From Candidatus Latescibacterota bacterium (GTDB taxonomy: Bacteria > Latescibacterota > UBA2968 > UBA8231): a DNA stretch of 64,000 nucleotides. The stretch lies in assembly GCA_965197905.1 (NCBI GenBank), contig CBDAOB010000004.1, positions 1,632,001-1,696,000 on the forward strand, written 5' to 3'. Every line of letters starts with the position of its first letter. The first letter of the stretch is position 1. Under the pieces are notes generated by a model, which saw only the letters and a list, made by a program, of their open reading frames with translations, did not search any database and was not told the origin of the DNA. The translations under genes and the position numbers were made by a program. Positions 30,285 through 39,153 of this stretch are shown here, in pieces.

Positions 30285-30596
30285 TCAGACGATCTCTTCC
30301 AACTGCGAGGCCCATCGACGCACCACTTCGCGGCCCGCCGGCAACGGCAATTCCGCACAGGCAAGATTCGCCATTTCATCGTGGACCTGCCCGGCCACCT
30401 CTTTGAACCGCCGTATCTCCTCGAGGAGCTTCATGGCATCCTCAGCTACGATACGGTGTGCCAGTTCGGCTTTCATCGCCTTGCGGTTTCTCGGGACTGC
30501 TCTCTTGCCATCGAGCAGCACCGCTTCTGGTGGCACAAATACGCGGTTCAAACGGCTCTCGATTTCGGACAGTTTGTGGTCGGTGAGAATCGTCAC
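30285..30596 (-). CDS. Hypothetical protein upstream of polB (103 aa)
   Basis: AGGAGGAGG RBS then GTG; helical composition. Confidence 0.7.
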   Translation of the reverse strand: MTILTDHKLSEIESRLNRVFVPPEAVLLDGKRAVPRNRKAMKAELAHRIVAEDAMKLLEEIRRFKEVAGQVHDEMANLACAELPLPAGREVVRRWASQLEEIV

Positions 30597-30830
30597 CTCA
30601 TCCTCCTCCTGGGCAGCACGACACACGTCGAATAACTGAAGGTTTCAAGATCCCAAAGAGATTATATCGCGGCTCCGAAAACGAGGCAAGGCGCCTGGCG
30701 ACCGCTTCGCGGATAGAGACTCGTCTTGCCACACGATTTGGCTCAGGGGATCCGTGTTGACACCCCGGTTGGACGCGCCTAAGCTTGCACCCGTCGAAGA
30801 CGATACCATCGTTCTTGAACCAACTTTACT

Positions 30831-31682
30831 ATGCAGCTGGGTGCTCACCAATCCATAAGTGGCGGGATATTCCGCGCCATCGAACGCGGTCGCGAGGCGA
30901 CCTGCGACGTCGTTCAAGTTTTCAACAAGTCCAGTAGCCAGTGGCGCGCCAAAGAGCTCACCGACGACGACATCCGCATGTTGCATGCCGCGCAGCAGGA
31001 ATCCGGAATATCCGCGGTCTGTTCCCACGCCAGCTACCTGATAAACATTGCGTCGCCCGAACCGGGCTTACGGGAGAAATCGGTGCACGCGTTGACCGTC
31101 GAGATGGCTCGCTGCAACCAGCTGGGTATCCCGAATCTGGTGTTGCATCCGGGATCACACGTGGGCAGCGGCGAGGAGCAGGGATTACGCCAGGTAGCGG
31201 CGAGCCTCGATGAGATGTTCTCCAACCTCGACAGCAACGAGGTCACCTTGTGTTTGGAGAATACCGCCGGACAGGGGTCGAACCTCGGGTATGCCTTTGC
31301 GCACTTGACGACCATTATGGAGGCCTGTTCGGGCGGTAAGCTCGGGGTTTGTCTCGACACCTGCCACCTATTTGCTGCCGGGTACCCCCTCGCCGCACCC
31401 GCTGACTTCGAGAAAGCGGTAGGTGACCTGGACGGAACCGTCGGCCTGGCGATGGTCCAGGTCATCCACCTCAACGACAGCAAACACGAATGCGGGTCAC
31501 GCAAGGATCGACACGAACACATCGGCCAGGGCGCCATCGGACTCGATGGGTTCAGGAATCTCCTCAACGACGAACGGTTTGCGGCCATTCCCATGGTGTT
31601 GGAAACCCCGAAGGAGGGGGATGGCATCGAGGAGGATAAGGACAACCTCGCAACCTTGCGCGCGCTCCTGACCTCGTCATAG
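30831..31682 (+). CDS. nfo: Endonuclease IV
   Basis: LGAHQSISGG, HASYLIN, LHPGSH, LENTAGQG, CLDTCH, HLNDSK, DRHEHIG, LETPK. Confidence 0.98.
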   Translation: MQLGAHQSISGGIFRAIERGREATCDVVQVFNKSSSQWRAKELTDDDIRMLHAAQQESGISAVCSHASYLINIASPEPGLREKSVHALTVEMARCNQLGIPNLVLHPGSHVGSGEEQGLRQVAASLDEMFSNLDSNEVTLCLENTAGQGSNLGYAFAHLTTIMEACSGGKLGVCLDTCHLFAAGYPLAAPADFEKAVGDLDGTVGLAMVQVIHLNDSKHECGSRKDRHEHIGQGAIGLDGFRNLLNDERFAAIPMVLETPKEGDGIEEDKDNLATLRALLTSS

Positions 31683-31699
31683 GGACGGCCGGTCCCGGA

Positions 31700-31813
31700 G
31701 CGCTGCGCAACGGTCAGGGCACGACCCCCAAACCGCGTTTTCAACTCGTCTATACGTTTTGTAACCTGCCGCGCCGTTGTGGACTCCCGGTCGAACAGGG
31801 ATTGTCTCCCCAC
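31700..31813 (-). other. Isolated DinB/Y-family polymerase C-tail-like coding segment
   Basis: RQSLFDRES..ARQVTKRIDELKTRFGGRALTVA; no polymerase domain upstream. Confidence 0.5.
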
Positions 31814-31908
31814 CCCACTTTTTTCTTGCGTCGGCCATCCGCATACTATACGTTTGTACCCTGCTCAAATGAGCACTATTTGCCTCCTCGCCACGAAAAG
31901 AGGTTATC

Positions 31909-32130
31909 ATGCGCCGAGTCTGGATCTACGACCGCGAGTACCGCCGCCGTTTCTTGTTGGATATCCCCAGCCAGCTCGTGTTCCAGACCGCCCGTCGATT
32001 TGGTGGTTTCAAAGGGCTTTTGCCGTGCCGTGAAATCCTCTCCGAAGCGTCCGATCCAGATCATCACCTCTTCGGCCTCTGCTTTTACCCGCGCGAACTG
32101 CAGTGGGACCTCACCGGGCGGCGCGATTAG
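31909..32130 (+). CDS. Small hypothetical protein upstream of uvrC (73 aa)
   Basis: AAGAGG RBS 5 nt before ATG; MRRVWIYDREYRRRFLLDIP. Confidence 0.65.
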   Translation: MRRVWIYDREYRRRFLLDIPSQLVFQTARRFGGFKGLLPCREILSEASDPDHHLFGLCFYPRELQWDLTGRRD

Positions 32131-32228
32131 TCTTGACCTGAGCTGTTTTTTTCCGTCGGGATGACCGCGGATTTCGGCCTTGCTCGGATTTGCGCATATT
32201 TGTGGAACGGGCTGTCGCCCGCACATCT

Positions 32229-34067
32229 ATGCGCCCAGATTCGAACACCATCCCAGAATCACTTCAACTCAAACTTACCGCGTTGCCGCAAGAGCCCGGA
32301 GTCTACTTCCTCAAGAACGCCCAGGGCAAGGTGGTCTATATCGGCAAAGCCAAGAGTCTGCGTGCCCGGGTCCGGACCTACTTCCAGGACGGCTACAACG
32401 ATGGGCGCCCCCAGTACGCGGCTATGGTCAACAGTGTCGCGGACATCGACTTCCTGGTTACCCGCACCGAGCAGGAGGCTCTGGTCCTCGAAGCGACGCA
32501 GATCAGAGAGTTCAAACCGCGCTACAACATCAATCTCAAAGACGACAAGAAATACCCGGTCCTACGCATCACCAAAGAGACCTACCCGCGGGTGGTCGTA
32601 ACCCGCGATATCGTCGAGGACGGCTCCCGCTACCTGGGCCCGTTCAGCAACGTCGGCGCCATGCGCACGGCCCTGGATCTCATGCACAAGATCTTCCCGG
32701 TTCGGTCCTGCAAATACGATCTGCCCCAGAAAGGGGTCACACTGTGTATGGACTATCACATCAAACGATGTGAGGGCCCTTGCGAAGAATTGGTGAGCAT
32801 AGCCGAGTACAGAGCGACGGTCAATCGTGCGGTGCGTTTTCTGAAAGGTCACAACTCAGAGGTCATCCAGGAGCTGGAAGAGCGGATGGCGGAGGCCGCC
32901 GAGAAACTCAATTACGAGCGCGCTGCCCGCTGCCGCGACCAGATCAGCGCGCTGGAAACCGTCCGCAACCGACAAAAGGTGATAACCGCCGAGCTGATTG
33001 ACCGCGACGTGGTGGGCCTCTCGCGCCAAGATGACGAGGCGTGCTGCTGCGTGTTGGAGATTCGGGAAGGTCGGCTGCTCGGGCAGAAACTCCACATTCT
33101 TGGAGGAGTTATGAATGCGCCCGACAGTGAGGTGCTCTCTGCTTTTCTGCGCCAATTCTATCTTCATACCGAATCCGTCCCGCACGAGATTCACCTCCCG
33201 TCGGAGCTGGCAGACTTCGAAGAGGTGTCCAGCTGGCTTTCCGCCAAGAGCTCCCGCAAGCTCAAGATTACCTCCCCGCGGCGGGGTGATAAGCTGAAAC
33301 CGCTGGAGATCGCCACGCGCAACGCCGAGCAAGCGTTGATGGAACGGCAACTGAAACGGGACCAGCGCCGCGGCAATCTGCCCCAGTCGCTGCACGCATT
33401 GCAGCGAGATTTGGGCCTGGTAGTTCCACCGCGGCGGATTGAAGCGGTGGACATCTCCAATTTCCAGGGCAGTGAAAGCGTCGGATCCCTGGTGGTTTTT
33501 GTCGACGGAAAATCCCGTCGTAGCGACTATCGGATGTTCAAGATCAAAACCGTGGAAGGAGCGGACGATTTTGCCAGCATCCACGAGGTGGTGACGCGCC
33601 GCTTTCGCCGGCTGCGGGATTCCGATCTGCCCCTGCCTGACCTTTTGTTGATCGATGGCGGCAAAGGCCAGCTATCCAGCGCCGTGGCGGCGTTGCGAGA
33701 CGTCGGGGCGGCGGCGCAGGCCGTCATCGGCTTGGCCAAACGGCTGGACGAGATCATCATGCCCGGGGCAACCGAGACTCTCTACCTGCCGCGCAACTCC
33801 GCCAGCTTACGGCTGCTGCAGACCTTGCGAGACGAAGCCCATCGATTTGCCTTGACCAGGCATCGACAGCTGCGCCGCAAACGAACCCTCACGTCGGCCC
33901 TGGATGGCATTCCCGGTGTCGGCGAAAAACGCAAAGAAGCACTGTTGCGCCAGCTGGGTTCAGTGAAGCGGATCCGCGAAGCCTCGGTGGAGGAATTGGC
34001 CGCCGTGCCCTCGATCAGCGACACTCTGGCTGAGGTTATCGCCCACCATCTTTCAGCAGTTGATTGA
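32229..34067 (+). CDS. uvrC: Excinuclease ABC subunit C
   Basis: GIY-YIG (PGVY..YIGKAKSLRARV), UVR (LNYERAARCRDQI), RNase H-like (DISN, DDFA, LIDGGKGQL), HhH. Confidence 0.99.
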   Translation: MRPDSNTIPESLQLKLTALPQEPGVYFLKNAQGKVVYIGKAKSLRARVRTYFQDGYNDGRPQYAAMVNSVADIDFLVTRTEQEALVLEATQIREFKPRYNINLKDDKKYPVLRITKETYPRVVVTRDIVEDGSRYLGPFSNVGAMRTALDLMHKIFPVRSCKYDLPQKGVTLCMDYHIKRCEGPCEELVSIAEYRATVNRAVRFLKGHNSEVIQELEERMAEAAEKLNYERAARCRDQISALETVRNRQKVITAELIDRDVVGLSRQDDEACCCVLEIREGRLLGQKLHILGGVMNAPDSEVLSAFLRQFYLHTESVPHEIHLPSELADFEEVSSWLSAKSSRKLKITSPRRGDKLKPLEIATRNAEQALMERQLKRDQRRGNLPQSLHALQRDLGLVVPPRRIEAVDISNFQGSESVGSLVVFVDGKSRRSDYRMFKIKTVEGADDFASIHEVVTRRFRRLRDSDLPLPDLLLIDGGKGQLSSAVAALRDVGAAAQAVIGLAKRLDEIIMPGATETLYLPRNSASLRLLQTLRDEAHRFALTRHRQLRRKRTLTSALDGIPGVGEKRKEALLRQLGSVKRIREASVEELAAVPSISDTLAEVIAHHLSAVD

Positions 34068-34285
34068 GTTTGCTCTGAGCCCCCCGCGTTGACGATTGGG
34101 TCATCGTGGGGAAGTGACGTCACTTTGGGCCAAGTCCGGGCACGATATTTCCCACCGACATTTGCCAACGCCGCTGGCGGCACTCCAAGCATTGGCCCGG
34201 AAAAATGATGTAAACTGGGGTTTTCCAACGACATGAACGATGGCTGGGGGGTTGGCACCTGTCCACAGACAGCTACAACATGTTC

Positions 34286-34301
34286 TGGCACTGATTTTGC
34301 A
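34286..34301 (+). promoter_or_regulatory. sigma54 -24/-12 promoter
   Basis: TGGCAC-TGATT-TTGCA, 55 bp before the ORF at 34357. Confidence 0.75.
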
Positions 34302-34356
34302 GCTACCAGATGTAGGGTTGCTTCCCCTTTGCGCCCGACATCGAGGAGGTCTCCTC

Positions 34357-34578
34357 ATGACCACGGTGCCAGTCGTCGCGGATACAGGGTCCGCTCGGGA
34401 CCAGATGCTTTTTGGCGACCTGCTGCAGAGCATCGGCTACGCCGAATCGTGGAGAGAGTTGGATGGGTGGTTGGCACGCGCCGCGCTCGCGGCCCAGGCG
34501 GGGGTGTTGAGCCTTCGTCAGCTGGAGGTTTTGGTGGAACGGGCAACCGAAGTCAGTCGCACGATCCCGGAGAACTGA
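34357..34578 (+). CDS. Small hypothetical protein (73 aa)
   Basis: GAGGAGG RBS; sigma54 promoter upstream. Confidence 0.7.
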   Translation: MTTVPVVADTGSARDQMLFGDLLQSIGYAESWRELDGWLARAALAAQAGVLSLRQLEVLVERATEVSRTIPEN

Positions 34579-34626
34579 GATGCCTGGGTGCGCAGATCGA
34601 GCGCCAAGGGGGAACCCGGACCCCCC

Positions 34627-35292
34627 CTAGTCGAATTGCTTGCGGAAATCGCCGAACTCGCGCCGAATGTCCTCCAGTTCGTCCTTCAGTGAGGCCACCT
34701 CCGACTCGAGCTGGGCGATCCGCTCGTTCTCTGCCCGTACCTCCAGTGTGGCCGCTTCCGCGCTCGCCTCTGCTGTGGGTTCCGAGAGCTCCGGCTCGCC
34801 GGCCAACAGGTGTGCGTAGCGGGACTCCTTACGGCCCGGAAGCCGGGGCAATATCCGCACAAACGGTCCGCTTTCCCGGTCCTCCAGCTGTCGCAACGTC
34901 TGCTCTACCTGCTCGAGGTCAGTAAACTCGAACATCCGCTGACTGCGACCCCGAACCTCTCCCAGGGTTTGCGGACCCCGCAGCATCAAAATGGCCAGAG
35001 CTACTAGCGGCCCGTCGGCGAGGCCGAAGGTTTCGCGACACAGATGGTAATACTTGGGCACCCGCATCTCCGCACCGCTGAGCTGGCGCACCAACCCTTT
35101 GTCACGCAGTCCGTCTAACGCCCGCACGACGGTTTTCTCTTCGAACGAAACCACGGGGTTGCGGTTGGACTTCTGGTTGCAGGCCGTGGTCAAGCTGTTG
35201 AGTGTTAGCGGATAATATTCCGGGGTGGTTTTTTCCTTCTCCACCAGCACGCCCAGCACCCGCACTTCAACATCGTCGAGAACGGTGTCCAT
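34627..35292 (-). CDS. YceH / DUF480 family protein
   Basis: EVRVLGVLVEKEKTTPEYYPLTLNSL..ACNQKSNRNPV, LMLRGPQTLGE, RYAHLL. Confidence 0.95.
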   Translation of the reverse strand: MDTVLDDVEVRVLGVLVEKEKTTPEYYPLTLNSLTTACNQKSNRNPVVSFEEKTVVRALDGLRDKGLVRQLSGAEMRVPKYYHLCRETFGLADGPLVALAILMLRGPQTLGEVRGRSQRMFEFTDLEQVEQTLRQLEDRESGPFVRILPRLPGRKESRYAHLLAGEPELSEPTAEASAEAATLEVRAENERIAQLESEVASLKDELEDIRREFGDFRKQFD

Positions 35293-35303
35293 CGTCCACT
35301 CCC

Positions 35304-36467
35304 TTAGATCCCGCGTTCCATGATGCGGCGATATACCTCCACCGCGTTCTCCACCTGTGCGCACTCGACCCACTCCACCGCGGCGTGCGCCTGGTCGATG
35401 CTTCCGGGTCCCAAAATGATGGTCGCCATTCTCTTGTCCGAAAAGGCGCTGCCGTCCGTAGCGAACGGCACGCCCCCGGTCTTGCCAGACCCCAACGCCG
35501 AGCGGCAGGCTCCCAACGCCGTCTCTACGATGGGGGCATCTTCGGCGGTACCGACCGGGCCGCAACTGAAAAAGGGCGGGGCCACCGTCGCTTCCAGCTC
35601 TGGGTCTTCGGCGGCGGCGCGGTTGACGATCGCCTGAAACTCGGCCAGCGTTGAGGCTGACGAGTCGCCGGGAATGGTGCGGCAATCGATGGCGACGCGA
35701 CATTGATCGGGGACGAAGTTGACCTGGGACCCTCCTTCGATGGTGCCCACGCTGTAGGTCGGGGATCCGATCAGGGGGTGTTCGCGCTGTTGGTAGGATG
35801 CCTTTATTGCTGTTTCTATCTGGATCAACAATCGAGCCATTTTCGAGATGGCGTTGATACCCAGGTACGGCTTGGAGCTGTGGGCTGCCCGGCCTTGGAC
35901 CGTCAGGTGAAAGCGGACTACCCCCTTGTGGGCACAGATCACTTCCAGGTCGGTCGGCTCCGCCACCACCATCGCTTCCGGCGAGAGGTCAGCGGCCAGG
36001 GCTTGGGAGCCGCGCATCAAATACTCCTCATCTACCGCCCCAGCGTAGACAATGGAAAGGGGCGGTTTGATGTTGGCCTCTCTCAGTTGTTTCATCGCCA
36101 GCATCATCGCGACACCGCCAGCTTTGGTGTCGCACGAGCCGCGCCCGTAGAGCAAACCTTCGCGAACGTGTGGTTCGAGGGGAGGAATCGTCATGATCTC
36201 GGTAGAGGCGGTGTCCATGTGACACTCGAACAGCAGTGTCCGGTTCGGGTCTTGACCTTCGAAAGTCGCCAGGATGTTGGAGCGTCCCTCCAAGACCTCC
36301 CTCCGTTCGCAGGGAATCTCCAGCGCCGTGAAGAATCGCTCGATGTAGTCGACCATGGCTCCTTCTCCATGACCGCCGCCGGGTAACGCCGGATTGACGC
36401 TGTCGATCGCTACCACATCCTGCAACATAGCCAGCACTTCGCTCGTGCTGCGCACCCATTCCGCCAT
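35304..36467 (-). CDS. M20-family metallo-amidohydrolase (ArgE/DapE-like)
   Basis: HMDT, YGRGSCDTK, DEE, AEPT, HKG, AHSS, IDQAH. Confidence 0.93.
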   Translation of the reverse strand: MAEWVRSTSEVLAMLQDVVAIDSVNPALPGGGHGEGAMVDYIERFFTALEIPCERREVLEGRSNILATFEGQDPNRTLLFECHMDTASTEIMTIPPLEPHVREGLLYGRGSCDTKAGGVAMMLAMKQLREANIKPPLSIVYAGAVDEEYLMRGSQALAADLSPEAMVVAEPTDLEVICAHKGVVRFHLTVQGRAAHSSKPYLGINAISKMARLLIQIETAIKASYQQREHPLIGSPTYSVGTIEGGSQVNFVPDQCRVAIDCRTIPGDSSASTLAEFQAIVNRAAAEDPELEATVAPPFFSCGPVGTAEDAPIVETALGACRSALGSGKTGGVPFATDGSAFSDKRMATIILGPGSIDQAHAAVEWVECAQVENAVEVYRRIMERGI

Positions 36468-36470
36468 CAG

Positions 36471-37097
36471 CTACCCACTCTTTTCACCTCGTGTGAGATC
36501 GAAATCGAAGAACCGATTGACCCCCTCGCAGGCGGTGATTCCGGCATAAAGGATTTCGGGGAGCGCCGCCACACGGCAGCTGAATTCCTGGTTGTCCACG
36601 GACAAGTTTAGTTGGTGACCGACCCGGTGCACGTGCAGGTGGTGTTTCACCATTGGCGCCAGGGGAAAACGCCAGTAGGCCGTCAGCGCCCAATGTGGGC
36701 CTTGGTCCGAGAAACCGTGCATCCACACGTTGACGCCCTCGTCGAACAGAACGACCTCACAGTGGTCCCGATACTCGCGGAAGCTACCTACGGTTGCGGG
36801 CTCGGCGGCCAGCACGATCAACGGAGCCATGCGATGGTCGAAGGACATCCGTGCAACGGCATGGAATTCTCCCGTCAGCGGCCGGCGATATACCATGCTT
36901 GCATACGTCTCACCGGCGCCGGGCCCTCCTTCGATCATCTCCTCCAGGCTCCAGCGGTCGGGAACGCGATTTCGCAGGTGGTCGTGCTCCTGAACCCACT
37001 CGCCTTCGCCGTCCCAACGCGGGGACCGCACCAGCCACCACTCCGCCGAGTCCCAAGCCCCCTCGGCGAAACGACAGCCGAAGATAGGTGTATTCAT
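36471..37097 (-). CDS. Hypothetical protein (beta-sandwich/ConA-like suspected)
   Basis: Coupled within the operon; HRMAPLIVL, GITACEGVNRFFDF. Confidence 0.75.
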   Translation of the reverse strand: MNTPIFGCRFAEGAWDSAEWWLVRSPRWDGEGEWVQEHDHLRNRVPDRWSLEEMIEGGPGAGETYASMVYRRPLTGEFHAVARMSFDHRMAPLIVLAAEPATVGSFREYRDHCEVVLFDEGVNVWMHGFSDQGPHWALTAYWRFPLAPMVKHHLHVHRVGHQLNLSVDNQEFSCRVAALPEILYAGITACEGVNRFFDFDLTRGEKSG

Positions 37098-38035
37098 TCC
37101 GGAGGTAGAACGATACCTGCCTGCTGCGTGATCAGACCGTAGTCTTCAATGCGTCGGTTTTTTTCGAACTCCAACGACTCTCGGCGATATTCTACCACGC
37201 GGTCCAGGTCGCAGCGAGCCACTACCAACTCATCCTCGAGAGTGGTGGCCATGGCAACCACCTCGCCCGATGGCGCGATAATGCAGCTCTGGCCAATCTG
37301 GGCGATACCTTCCTCGACCCCGGCCTTGGCGACTCCCACTACCCAGCTGGCGTTCTGAAGCGCGCCCGCTTGCATACATAGCATGTTGTGAAAGTTGGCG
37401 TTCATAGTGCCCGGTTTTGACGGGGAATTGTCGACCGGTGTATTGTAACCGAGCAGAATGACCTCGGCTCCCTGTAAAGCCAGCATCCGGTAACTCTCGG
37501 GCCAGCGCCGGTCGTAACAGATACACATGCCGACGATGCCGCCAAAAACCCGCCATACCCGAAAACCGAGATTGCCCGGATCGAAGTAACGTTTCTCCAG
37601 GTTCTGGAATGGGTCGTCCGGTTGTTCGGCAGTAAACCCGGGCAGGTGGATCTTGCGATACTTGCCGACGATGGTTCCGCTCTTGTCCACCAGGATGCAA
37701 CTGTTGTAATGGCGCCTTTGTCCCCCCTCATCGGCCAGCTCGGCAAACCCCAGGTGAAACCCGATGCCCAGGTTTCGCGCTTCGTCGAACAGCGGTTGGG
37801 TGGCGGGACTGGGCATCTCGCGTTCGAAGTAAGCGTCGATCTCGGCTTGATCTTCCATGTACCAATGCGGAAAGAAAGGTACCAGCGCGACCTCGGTGAA
37901 CACCACCAAATCACAGCCCTGCTCGCGGGCCTGTCGCATCATGGCGATAAGCCGCTCAACTACCTGCTGGCGGGATTGAGCCGCTTGAACCGGACCCGAT
38001 TGGGCGGCCCCGATGGTTAGCACGCGGGCCATCAC
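37094..38035 (-). CDS. N-carbamoyl-D-amino acid hydrolase (nitrilase superfamily)
   Basis: VFTEVAL..FFP, YRKIHLPG, LEKRYF, ICYDRRWPE, GYNTP, MQAGA.QN. Confidence 0.9.
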   Translation of the reverse strand: MMARVLTIGAAQSGPVQAAQSRQQVVERLIAMMRQAREQGCDLVVFTEVALVPFFPHWYMEDQAEIDAYFEREMPSPATQPLFDEARNLGIGFHLGFAELADEGGQRRHYNSCILVDKSGTIVGKYRKIHLPGFTAEQPDDPFQNLEKRYFDPGNLGFRVWRVFGGIVGMCICYDRRWPESYRMLALQGAEVILLGYNTPVDNSPSKPGTMNANFHNMLCMQAGALQNASWVVGVAKAGVEEGIAQIGQSCIIAPSGEVVAMATTLEDELVVARCDLDRVVEYRRESLEFEKNRRIEDYGLITQQAGIVLPPE

Positions 38036-38629
38036 TCAGACCTCTGCGGTTAGTTCGTGAACGCTACACATCAGGTGGTCAATGGACGTTTGGTCAGGTT
38101 CACCCTCGAGGAGAAATCTTCGATCCGCCTGTTGCAGCGGCGCGACGCGTGCGGCCAACATCCCATCCAGCTGCTCGGGACGCTCCAGCGGGGCGGGTAA
38201 ACTCGGATGAGGGAGCACGCCATGCTCCCGAACCCATCGGCGCGCGGTCCAGAACCAGGTGGCGCGGTCGGCGTGCATGTAGATGATGGTCGCGGCCGCC
38301 TGCACCGCCTGTAGGGTCGATCCCTCGAGCAATGCTTGATCAGAGAAGATGAGAAGATGGGGGGGAGAAGGAGCCAGGCTCTGGAGCACCAACCTGGACT
38401 CGCGGCATCGTAGCGCCGCTAAGCCATGTTTTTCCACCAGGTTGGAAAGCGAAGTCCCCGCCTCGTGCTCGACCCACCGATCCACATCGATGAGGGAAAG
38501 GCCGGTCATCGCCGCCAGCTCGTACGCCAGCGTCCGAAACGGCAGGCCAGGATATCCGGTGATGGCCAGGGGTCGACGCAGCTGAATGGTTGGCTGGTAG
38601 GTGTAGTAGTCGTTAGCGGGAGCTTGCAT
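38036..38629 (-). CDS. Shikimate-kinase-like protein with degenerate P-loop
   Basis: IDVDRWVEHEAGTS..G.AALRCRES, ARVAPLQQAD; ITGYPGLPFRT in place of GxxGxGKS/T. Confidence 0.7.
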   Translation of the reverse strand: MQAPANDYYTYQPTIQLRRPLAITGYPGLPFRTLAYELAAMTGLSLIDVDRWVEHEAGTSLSNLVEKHGLAALRCRESRLVLQSLAPSPPHLLIFSDQALLEGSTLQAVQAAATIIYMHADRATWFWTARRWVREHGVLPHPSLPAPLERPEQLDGMLAARVAPLQQADRRFLLEGEPDQTSIDHLMCSVHELTAEV

Positions 38630-38786
38630 CTTGCCTTGGGAGCATTTTGGGAGCACGATTGTTGGCCCCCGTCACGTCGGGTGGACGGGCGCGAATCTGT
38701 AGCCGTGTCGTGGCCGCGCCGTCGCTTTCGGAACCACGGTTAGTATCGCGGAAATTCGGTTTTGGTGCAACCTGAGATTTGCCCAC

Positions 38787-39071
38787 TCAAGGATCCAGCT
38801 GCAGCCATACCAGGGTGGCGCCCCAACCACCACCGTCGGCGCCAGCCAGACGAAAGGAATCAACGTATGCAAGGCGTCCCAGCACAGCGTGGACCCGCCG
38901 TCGTAAGGTTCCGGTGCCCTTGCCGTGTATGATGCGAGCCTGGTAAATGCCGCGCTCGCGGCAGGCATCCAGATAATCTGGAACCAAGGTCCCCACATCT
39001 TGCGGTCTAAAGGTGTGCAAGTCGAGGGTGCCATCGATGGGCGTTTCGATCGGATCTTCTTCAGGCTCCAT
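38787..39071 (-). CDS. Stand-alone Smr/MutS2 domain protein
   Basis: LDLHTF, RIIHGKGTGTLR, GGWGATLV. Confidence 0.95.
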   Translation of the reverse strand: MEPEEDPIETPIDGTLDLHTFRPQDVGTLVPDYLDACRERGIYQARIIHGKGTGTLRRRVHAVLGRLAYVDSFRLAGADGGGWGATLVWLQLDP

Positions 39072-39153
39072 AGTGACGCCAGGGGCGAGGGCCGGCTTGG
39101 CTCGAGACCCTAAATCCGCTACACTTCCCCGACCCCAATCGAGGTTTTAGTCG

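Noticed and set aside
31876..32226. 116-aa minus-strand ORF
   Set aside because: Overlaps the plus-strand ORF 31909-32130, which has the better RBS and is co-oriented with uvrC.
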